Below are positions 29,274 through 36,006 of a stretch of DNA of 64,000 bases, piece by piece. The DNA is from a virus. Its lineage: Duplodnaviria; Caudoviricetes. The notes beneath the pieces are model-generated. The model was not told the DNA's origin. It searched no databases and was given only the letters and a program-made list of their open reading frames with translations. Where the stretch lies: IMG/VR virus record IMGVR_UViG_3300042940_001591; one strand, 5' to 3'. A program made the position numbers and the translations under genes. Position 1 is the stretch's first letter; every line of letters starts with the position of its first letter.

Positions 29274-29281
29274 TATCTTTG
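29274..29281 (+). promoter_or_regulatory. Bacteroidetes -7 promoter for the tRNA array
   Basis: TATCTTTG; further copies at 29989, 30667, 32305, 32610, 33598 and 35430. Confidence 0.7.
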
Positions 29282-29310
29282 TAAAAGAAAAAAAGATAAA
29301 ACTAAATTCA

Positions 29311-29406
29311 ATGAGACAATTAACAAACATAACGTCGACATCAAACCAACTAAATTGGAATGAGCAACCTATGCGCATATGTCTCGATGATACTGATGTT
29401 GGTTAA
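29311..29406 (+). CDS. Putative 31-aa leader peptide
   Basis: MRQLTNITSTSNQLNWNEQPMRICLDDTDVG* between the promoter and a terminator. Confidence 0.4.
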   Translation: MRQLTNITSTSNQLNWNEQPMRICLDDTDVG

Positions 29407-29430
29407 TTTAGTTTAACTTAAAATATTAGA

Positions 29431-29468
29431 AAACCTCGGGACTTAAAAATCTCGAGGTTTTTTGTTTT
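29431..29468 (+). terminator. Intrinsic terminator upstream of the tRNA array
   Basis: AAACCTCGGGA / TCTCGAGGTTT stem followed by a T-run. Confidence 0.75.
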
Positions 29469-29476
29469 ATACAAAT

Positions 29477-29551
29477 AGGGTAATGGACTAATGGCTAAGT
29501 CACTTGCTTTGGGAGCAAGGCATCATGGAGGTTCGAGTCCTCTTTACCCTA
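29477..29551 (+). tRNA. tRNA-Pro(TGG)
   Basis: AGGGTAA/TTACCCT acceptor, CTTGC-TTTGGGA-GCAAG, TTCGAGT T-loop. Confidence 0.88.
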
Positions 29552-29556
29552 CAAAC

Positions 29557-29628
29557 GCTGATTTAGCTCAGAGGTAGAGCACGAAGCTGTTAACTTCGGG
29601 GTCCAGATATCGTAATTCTGAATCAGCG
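29557..29628 (+). tRNA. tRNA-Asn(GTT) with an atypical T-loop
   Basis: GCTGATT/AATCAGC, CGAAG-CTGTTAA-CTTCG, G73; T-loop reads ATCGTAA. Confidence 0.8.
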
Positions 29629-29634
29629 CAAAAT

Positions 29635-29706
29635 GCGTGTGTAGTTCAATTGGTAGAATTTCGGTCTCCAAAACCGAAGATGAAGGTTCGAGTCCTTACA
29701 TGCGTG
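29635..29706 (+). tRNA. tRNA-Trp(CCA)
   Basis: TCGGT-CTCCAAA-ACCGA, TTCGAGT, G73; G-U-rich acceptor stem. Confidence 0.85.
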
Positions 29707-29713
29707 CAACAAT

Positions 29714-29793
29714 ACCCGAGTGGTGGAATGGTATACACAGCGGTCTTAGAAACCGTGTCGAAAGGCGTGTCGGTTCGAGTCCGACCTTGGGTA
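29714..29793 (+). tRNA. tRNA-Leu(TAG)
   Basis: ACCCGAG/CTTGGGT, GCGGT-CTTAGAA-ACCGT, long variable arm. Confidence 0.92.
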
Positions 29794-29798
29794 CATAT

Positions 29799-29869
29799 TG
29801 TCCTTTAGTATAGTGGTAGTACAGATGGTTTTGGTCCATCTAGCTGTGGTTCGAGCCCACGAGGGACAA
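29799..29869 (+). tRNA. tRNA-Gln(TTG)
   Basis: TGTCCTT/AGGGACA, GATGG-TTTTGGT-CCATC. Confidence 0.9.
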
Positions 29870-29874
29870 CATAT

Positions 29875-29947
29875 TGCGGGGAGGAGGGTACCCGACCAGT
29901 CTCATAAGCTGTGTCTTTTCCGGTTTCGACTACCGGCCCCGCAACCA
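29875..29947 (+). tRNA. tRNA-Met(CAT) with a reduced D-arm and encoded CCA
   Basis: TGCGGGG/CCCCGCA-ACCA, CAGT-CTCATAA-GCTG, CCGGT-TTCGACT-ACCGG. Confidence 0.75.
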
Positions 29948-30097
29948 AAAAGATTTTAAAATAATTTGGAATATCTGAAATTATTTATTATCTTTGTTAA
30001 ACAATGGTTGATTGGGATTTAACGGGGCTAGCGAATAGCGAGAAACGCCAATCATAAAAACAGATGTCCACACCCCCATCTTCTGTTTTCCATAGTA

Positions 30098-30171
30098 GCC
30101 CGAATAGCTCAGCTGGCCAGAGCAACTGATTTGTAATCAGTAGGTCCTCAGTTCGAATCTGAGTTTGGGCT
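30098..30171 (+). tRNA. tRNA-Thr(TGT)
   Basis: GCCCGAA/TTTGGGC, ACTGA-TTTGTAA-TCAGT. Confidence 0.92.
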
Positions 30172-30173
30172 CA

Positions 30174-30349
30174 ACAGGTGACGACGGTGGTGTAACCCCA
30201 CTGTCTATGAATCCCAAAAGATCCGTCTGACTCGCGAGGTAGGGCGGTGAGGGTAGAGTTACTATAAGTCGGGAATAATTACCCCAATACGAAAATGTAA
30301 CCGCAGACTATGTCTGTTATGATGTACATAGATGGTACGAAAAACCTGT
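30174..30349 (+). ncRNA. Unclassified multi-stem RNA between tRNA-Thr and tRNA-Ser
   Basis: ACAGGT/ACCTGT closing stem; GACGGTGG/CCACTGTC; CAGAC/GTCTG; GC-rich relative to its surroundings; no ORF. Confidence 0.5.
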
Positions 30350-30437
30350 AACTTTTTGAAACTAACTCAACGAGGACTTTGTCAACCAGAGCAGTGACTC
30401 GGATGGTGCAACTTAAGGTGAGTTAGAATCAATTTTT

Positions 30438-30522
30438 AGAGAGTTGGCCGAGTGGTTGATGGCACCAGTCTTGAAAACTGGCATACTGAAAGGTATCTGG
30501 GGTTCGAATCCCTAACTCTCTG
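30438..30522 (+). tRNA. tRNA-Ser(TGA)
   Basis: AGAGAGT/ACTCTCT, CCAGT-CTTGAAA-ACTGG, long variable arm, G73. Confidence 0.92.
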
Positions 30523-30698
30523 CAAGAATTAACTAAGATACTGTAAAACCAGTAGGTGGTGATTCCAGATTTATCTGTGAGCCATTTAAACCCTGATAGC
30601 AATGTTAATTTTTAATATATAATATTTTTTTTATATTAAGATATTGATTTCCAACATTTTATTCTGTATATTTGTCATATTATTAATATTTATAATAT

Positions 30699-31001
30699 AT
30701 GATAGATAAAATCACATTATCGTTAATGTTATTTTTTAACACATTAACATCATCTATCGACCCAAGTCTTTCTGATGAAAGAAAGTCAGTCAATCAAATA
30801 AAAAAAGAGATTAAATCCCTTGAAAGAAAGATTGAATGGGTTGAAGTAACAGATGAGAATTACGCTAGCAGGGCCGTCAAAACCAAAGAAATCACGGACG
30901 AGATTACCAAATTGAATGGTAAAATTGTAAAGATTGAGAAGGTTGCAAAATTAAAAGAGAAATGGGCAACGGAAGATTCCTTGTCCAAATCAAAAAAATG
31001 A
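30699..31001 (+). CDS. Hypothetical coiled-coil protein with a hydrophobic N-terminus
   Basis: 100-aa ORF behind TATATTTG (30667). Confidence 0.6.
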   Translation: MIDKITLSLMLFFNTLTSSIDPSLSDERKSVNQIKKEIKSLERKIEWVEVTDENYASRAVKTKEITDEITKLNGKIVKIEKVAKLKEKWATEDSLSKSKK

Positions 31002-31447
31002 AAAAAATTTTTTTAGTGCTAACGTTACTTTTGGGAGTGGAAGTCGTAGCAAATGGACAAGAGTGGTTTATAACCGCCACTCGAAAAGGCGGTCCATCAG
31101 ACGGTTATATAACAGGTGGTTTTATGAAAAAAGGTTGGGGGTTTTATGCGGGACTTCCATACGGTGAAATAAAAACCCCAAATGGCGGAATTTCAATTCC
31201 CCCTGGTGTTAACACCAATACAGGAAATGTGTCCGATAACATGAAGTTTGGTGTTCTTAGACAATTAAAAGAAGACAAGGCGATTGTTGGATTTGGATTA
31301 CAGCCAACACTTGATGGTAATAAACCAAATTTTCTTATAATGTACAATCCACTTAGGCCAAGTACTGTTATAAATTTATGGACAATTGGTAATTTAGTCG
31401 GTAGTGATTTTACATTAGGACTTGGATTATCGTATAAAGTAAAATAA
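30998..31447 (+). CDS. Small exported, probable outer-membrane beta-barrel protein
   Basis: MKKIFLVLTLLLG signal; terminal LGLGLSYKVK; start moved to 30998. Confidence 0.7.
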   Translation: MKKIFLVLTLLLGVEVVANGQEWFITATRKGGPSDGYITGGFMKKGWGFYAGLPYGEIKTPNGGISIPPGVNTNTGNVSDNMKFGVLRQLKEDKAIVGFGLQPTLDGNKPNFLIMYNPLRPSTVINLWTIGNLVGSDFTLGLGLSYKVK

Positions 31448-31568
31448 AATAAAATTTTAGTTAAGTTAATTCCCTGAACAAACTAAAAAAATTGTTCGGG
31501 GTTTTTTTATATCACATTTTTTGTTTATGTTTGAGTTATAGTTCTTTGATGTATTGGAAAAACAAAAT

Positions 31569-31653
31569 GCCTGAGTGATGAAATGGTATACATGACAGAC
31601 TTAAAATCTGTTGAGCAGAAACGCTCGTGCGGGTTCAAGTCCCGCCTCAGGTA
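31569..31653 (+). tRNA. tRNA-Leu(TAA)
   Basis: GCCTGAG/CTCAGGT, ACAGA-CTTAAAA-TCTGT, long variable arm. Confidence 0.92.
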
Positions 31654-31657
31654 CAAA

Positions 31658-31763
31658 TGTAATGACTCAGAAATGAGTGACGGAACGGACGCTACGTATG
31701 AAATGGAAACTTTTGATGCACGTACAAAGGTGCTGATTAGAAACAAACCGTACAGACATTACA
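31658..31763 (+). ncRNA. Unclassified structured RNA between tRNA-Leu and tRNA-Arg
   Basis: TGTAATG/CATTACA closing stem; ACTC/GAGT, ACGG/CCGT and TACGT/ACGTA inner stems. Confidence 0.5.
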
Positions 31764-31770
31764 TTAACTT

Positions 31771-31844
31771 GGTTCCGTAGCTCAGTTGGATAGAGCAACA
31801 TCCTTCTAAGATGTGGGTCTTTGGTTCGAATCCAAACGGGATCA
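31771..31844 (+). tRNA. tRNA-Arg(TCT)
   Basis: GGTTCCG/CGGGATC, ACATC-CTTCTAA-GATGT. Confidence 0.92.
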
Positions 31845-31854
31845 CGTAAATTTT

Positions 31855-31928
31855 GGACTTGTAGCTCACTCGGTTAGAGCGGCACACTCATAATGTGAAG
31901 GTAGTAGGTTCGATTCCTACCTGGTCCA
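31855..31928 (+). tRNA. tRNA-CAT (Ile2 or elongator Met)
   Basis: GGACTTG/CTGGTCC, GCACA-CTCATAA-TGTGA; identity cannot be resolved by eye. Confidence 0.85.
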
Positions 31929-32120
31929 CTTTTAAGTTATGGGTCTCCGATGGAAGTCCGCAAGAAAAATAGATGTTTTTCATCCATCAAAAAATTACCA
32001 TAGAGACCGCTAAATCGAGTTAGTGAAAATCTACATTCTCATTGGTAATCATTCATGACACCTACCGGTGGTTCCACACTAAGGTTATGTGAGGCTTCGG
32101 CTGATAAAAGGGTGTTATAT

Positions 32121-32271
32121 TGTAGTGTGACGAAATTGGCAAACGTACCCTCCTGTCTCGGGGGTGTGGACAAAGAAATAGATTGATAATATTAGGGGGT
32201 AGACCACCAGCTTGCAAGCGTCATGTTATCAGTTGAATCTCCACTTGGTGGTTCGAACCCATCCACTACAG
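32121..32271 (+). tRNA. tRNA-Asp(GTC)-like with an 82-nt variable-arm insertion
   Basis: TGTAGTG/CACTACA-G73, CCCTC-CTGTCTC-GGGGG, GGTGG-TTCGAAC-CCATC; insert at 32165-32246. Confidence 0.8.
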
Positions 32272-32335
32272 CAAATTAAATTTTGTTTTTTGAAATTTAT
32301 TATGTATATTTGTAAAACAATTAAAGATTAAAATT

Positions 32336-32557
32336 ATGAAATGTATTAAGTTAATTAAAGCAAGTAAAGGTCATGAAATTGGTCAAGTTTTAAGAGTAGA
32401 AGATAACGAAGCGGATTTAAGAGTTAAAGGTGGTTATTGGTCATTTGCACCAAAAACCGAATATAAACTTTACAAAAATCCAGACTATAAAACTAAGAAA
32501 ACTGATGATAAAGTTTCTTCTAAAAAACAATTAAAGAAGAAAAAAACTTCTGAATAA
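32336..32557 (+). CDS. Small basic hypothetical protein
   Basis: 73-aa ORF behind TATATTTG (32305). Confidence 0.65.
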   Translation: MKCIKLIKASKGHEIGQVLRVEDNEADLRVKGGYWSFAPKTEYKLYKNPDYKTKKTDDKVSSKKQLKKKKTSE

Positions 32558-32669
32558 AAAAAAATAAAAAATATTTGATGATTTATTTTGTTTTTTAAAA
32601 TATTCATTGTATATTTGTAAAAGAAATCACAAAGGTGGTTTCGTAGTAAGAAAAAGTTCTTTGATTTAA

Positions 32670-33540
32670 AAATATTGGCCGCCTATGGTCGATTAAAATA
32701 AACCATGAAAGTGGGATAAAGTGACAAACCCTTGGTTGGGGTAAGTTGCGGTTTCAGTAATGGAACTTGAGTAGGCAAGTGGAGTATCGTTGAACCTTAA
32801 GTACTGAGGGTAACACTTTAGGGAAAGTGGTTTGATGACTAAGCAATCCGAGTTGTTTGGTTGAGGTGGGGACACCAATAAGAATAATCCATAGAGTTAT
32901 TGTGAGAAGTATCGTTATCCGACTTTACAATTGCGTGATTCAATATAATGGGAATCTTAAAACCGAAAGGTATGGTGAAGTACGAGTGGTGTCGTTATCA
33001 TCCTTTATTAAACTCTACCAAGGGTTTAGTTCTGAAGGGGTCCAAAAATATGGTAGCAGGGATGTTACAGAGAGTAGTTTAGTATCGAGTCGCTCAAAAG
33101 GTGGCTTGGCTAGGTGACGAACCACTACTTTCCAAATTCGGATAACTAAATTTTGTTAATTTTGGTTTAACAACTTAAAATCATACAAGAAGAAGTGTTC
33201 GTCAGTCGTTGTAGACAGGTGGCTACATAGTCGTGAGGGGTTCACGGCCACAAAGGGTCTCAAGCCCAATGTGATTTTTAAAAAAGTTCTCTAAACCCGC
33301 AAGGTTGAATCAGGGAGGCATCTTTGATGAGTAATGAGTATTAAAAGAGTATATAACGACTCAAGGATTGGTTAATCTAATTGACCGCCGCTGATTGGTA
33401 CTACTCAAAAGGTAGTGGAAAAGGGAAGAAACAAATAATGTCCCTAAGTCAATTATTAAGACATGTATTCTCAGTGTTTTATTTTCTTTGTTTAGTAAAA
33501 CAAAGTGGTGGAATTGGAACGTTTTAAAACCGTTCGGCCC
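32670..33540 (+). ncRNA. Giant structured ncRNA, GOLLD-like
   Basis: About 0.85 kb without a credible ORF; GC-enriched; own promoter (32610) and terminator (33551); many hairpins; long-range pairing 32803-32812/33466-33475; lies next to tRNA genes in a phage. Confidence 0.65.
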
Positions 33541-33550
33541 AAAAAAGATT

Positions 33551-33577
33551 AGTCAGATTTATTCTGACTTTTTTTTT
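33551..33577 (+). terminator. Intrinsic terminator
   Basis: AGTCAGA-TTTAT-TCTGACT followed by a T-run. Confidence 0.75.
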
Positions 33578-33610
33578 GCTTTTAAATAAATTTTACTTAT
33601 ATTTGATATT

Positions 33611-34360
33611 ATGAGAATAGTTTGTATATCCGACACACATGCCTTACATAGAGGTATGACCCACGAATTACCACAAGGTGATGTGTTAATACATGCGGGT
33701 GATTTATCAAATAGAGGTGGAGAAAGAGATGTGACAGAATTTATTCATTGGTTTCAAAACATAGAAGGGTTTGACTCTAAAATTTTTATTTCGGGTAATC
33801 ACGATTTCTGTTTTGAGCGGGTTAATCAACCGCACCATAAAGGCGACTACGATTGGTTAAACAATCTAATGACTCCTGAAAATCTATCTCAATCCAATGT
33901 GACTTATTTGGAAGATAATTTTATGACTATTGAGTCACCTGAATTTTCAAGACCAATTAAAATCTACGGAAGTCCTTGGCAACCAAATTTTTATGATTGG
34001 GCTTTTAACTTACCAAGATTTGGGGTTGAGTTACAAGAAAAGTGGAATATGATTTCAGAAGATACTGATGTATTAATAACACATGGACCACCAAATGGAT
34101 ACGGAGATTTAGTTAATAATTGGCGACAACCAAATACAAACGTAGGTTGTGAGTTGTTACGAAATAGAATAGAAGAAATAAATCCATTAGTAAGTGTATT
34201 TGGTCATATTCACGAAGGTTATGGTGTTGAGCTCGGTAATAAAACATTATTCGTAAATGCATCAACTTGTAACTCAAAATACGAACCAATAAATAAACCA
34301 ATAATCATAGACTTACAAGAAGTTTATGGTGAAATAATTGCAACTCATGTCGAAATATAA
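33611..34360 (+). CDS. Calcineurin-like metallophosphoesterase
   Basis: CISDTH, HAGD, GNHD, LITHGPP, FGHIHE. Confidence 0.92.
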   Translation: MRIVCISDTHALHRGMTHELPQGDVLIHAGDLSNRGGERDVTEFIHWFQNIEGFDSKIFISGNHDFCFERVNQPHHKGDYDWLNNLMTPENLSQSNVTYLEDNFMTIESPEFSRPIKIYGSPWQPNFYDWAFNLPRFGVELQEKWNMISEDTDVLITHGPPNGYGDLVNNWRQPNTNVGCELLRNRIEEINPLVSVFGHIHEGYGVELGNKTLFVNASTCNSKYEPINKPIIIDLQEVYGEIIATHVEI

Positions 34361-35030
34361 TGGACCAATTAGTGTTGTCATTTCAACACGAAAAATAGAT
34401 GATACGTATTTAAAACACGTTGAGAAAATGTTTTCACACCCTAAAACTCAAATATTAATTTATGAGAATGATGGTGTGGATTCATTACCCAAAATTTATA
34501 ATTTAGGATTACAAGATTCCGAAAATGATATTGTGGTGTTTATGCATGACGATCTTATTTTGGAAACCCCTAATATCACACCAAAAGTTATTAGATTATT
34601 TGAGGAGAATCCTGAATATGGCATAATAGGATTGGCCGGTACTAATAATTTAATGAGTGGAATGTGGTGGCAGGATAAAGAATCTATGTATGGTGTTGTT
34701 GGTCATGAACATCAAGGTAAAAGACATGTAAATCACTACTCAAAACAATCATTTGGTGACAAACCAAAAGAAGTGGTTATTGTTGATGGGTTATTTATTA
34801 TGGTTCATAAAGATAGAATTAAACATAAGTTTAATGAAGAATTTACAGGGTTCCATTTCTATGATTTACCGTTTTGTGTTGACAACCATTTAGATGGGAT
34901 TAAAGTTGGGGTTACCACTAAAATAATGGTAACACATAAATCCATTGGTATGGTAAATAAACAATGGGAAAAAAATAAGTTGTTTTTTGAGGCATTATAC
35001 GAAAAACACTTCCCTTTAAGGGTTAATTGA
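34338..35030 (+). CDS. GT2-like glycosyltransferase
   Basis: IYNLGL...VFMHDDL...VIVDGLFI...FHFYDL. Confidence 0.8.
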   Translation: MQLMSKYNGPISVVISTRKIDDTYLKHVEKMFSHPKTQILIYENDGVDSLPKIYNLGLQDSENDIVVFMHDDLILETPNITPKVIRLFEENPEYGIIGLAGTNNLMSGMWWQDKESMYGVVGHEHQGKRHVNHYSKQSFGDKPKEVVIVDGLFIMVHKDRIKHKFNEEFTGFHFYDLPFCVDNHLDGIKVGVTTKIMVTHKSIGMVNKQWEKNKLFFEALYEKHFPLRVN

Positions 35031-35072
35031 TTTTAGCACAATAACGGATATTTATATATAAAACAAACAATT

Positions 35073-35372
35073 ATGATGACAGTACTTTTAATTTTATTGG
35101 CTTTGGTTGTGGCTGGAGCGGTAGTATTTTTCCTAATGAAATCAGGTAAAATCGAAGACAAAGATGGTAATAACATTCCAGATGCGGTTGAAGAAAAATT
35201 GGCGGAAGTTAAAGAAGTTGCTAAAGTGGTTAAGGAAAGAGTAAAAAGAGTAGTTGAAGAAACTAAGGATGTTGCTGAAGCCGCTAAAAAAGTTGTTAAG
35301 CAATCTAAAGATGTTGTAAACGCAACTAAAGGTGGTTCTCGCAAAGGAAGAAAACCAGCCGCTAAGAAGTAA
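35073..35372 (+). CDS. Small N-anchored membrane protein with a helical, basic tail
   Basis: N-terminal TM, EDKDGNNIPD, Lys/Val/Glu heptads; TATTTATA at 35049. Confidence 0.7.
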   Translation: MMTVLLILLALVVAGAVVFFLMKSGKIEDKDGNNIPDAVEEKLAEVKEVAKVVKERVKRVVEETKDVAEAAKKVVKQSKDVVNATKGGSRKGRKPAAKK

Positions 35373-35452
35373 ATTATCACACATAATTAAATTTAAGGGT
35401 TAAAATTTGTTTTTTAACCCTTTCTCATCTACATTTGTATTCTATTTATTAC

Positions 35453-35849
35453 GGGGGTGCTTGGCATTGATTTCAGGTATCAGGGGTAAGTGGCACGTAG
35501 TCAGACTTCATCTATGACTTAAATCTATGGTGGAAAATTCTAGACGGCAACGTTTATAACAACATGGAAATTGCAGGTTTACTTGCAACTTCTAACGTAG
35601 CAGTAGCCTAAGGCGAAACTACAATCGGGTCGACTGGCATGTAACCTAGGAACAGAAGCCTTCAAGGTGTAACACCACCCGAAGAGTGTTGGAGCAAATC
35701 TGACGGCTCTTGAAAATCCGGTTAGGAACAGTATTGATGGTTTCCTGTAATTAACCTTCTATTTGTCTGTTATGAACTAATAGAATAAACGTGTAGTCAT
35801 TTATTGTTGAACAGGAAAGACACGGGTTCGAGTCCCGTCACCTCCACCA
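35453..35849 (+). ncRNA. ssrA: tmRNA
   Basis: GGGGGTG/CACCTCC-ACCA acceptor with G3-U70; GGTTCGAGTCCC T-arm; internal tag ORF 35546-35611; TACATTTG promoter at 35430. Confidence 0.93.
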
Positions 35850-35850
35850 T

Positions 35851-35879
35851 AAACCCATCTTCGGATGGGTTTTTTGTTT
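35851..35879 (+). terminator. tmRNA terminator, possibly bidirectional
   Basis: AAACCCATC-TTCG-GATGGGTTT followed by a T-run. Confidence 0.8.
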
Positions 35880-35990
35880 GGTGTCTCTATTAACGAGCAA
35901 AAGGTCCGAAGACCCTTTGTCGAGATTTGAAACACCTCCTTTTCGTTTATAAGTATTATCGTTTAATGGCGACCAAACCAATTAAACTCT
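35880..35990 (-). ncRNA. Putative small structured RNA (element B)
   Basis: Minus-strand TATTTATA at 36001-35994; 5' hairpin; GGUGUUUC/GAGACACC stem enclosing a cUUCGg hairpin; no ORF. Confidence 0.55.
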
Positions 35991-36006
35991 ACATATAAAT
36001 ATCTTA

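Noticed and set aside
30318-30343. Hammerhead ribozyme (TGATG...GTAC/GTAC...GAAA)
   Set aside because: The CUGANGA core is not matched, and no stem I/III with a GUH site was found
30375-30415. SAM-I riboswitch (CCAGAG...GGTGC)
   Set aside because: P1 AUC/GAU, kink-turn and P3 GCAAC elements are missing, and no downstream metabolic gene
31525-33117. Track ORFs 31525-31746, 31583-31780, 32693-32878 and 32857-33117
   Set aside because: They overlap tRNA or structured-RNA genes; chance ORFs in GC-richer non-coding DNA
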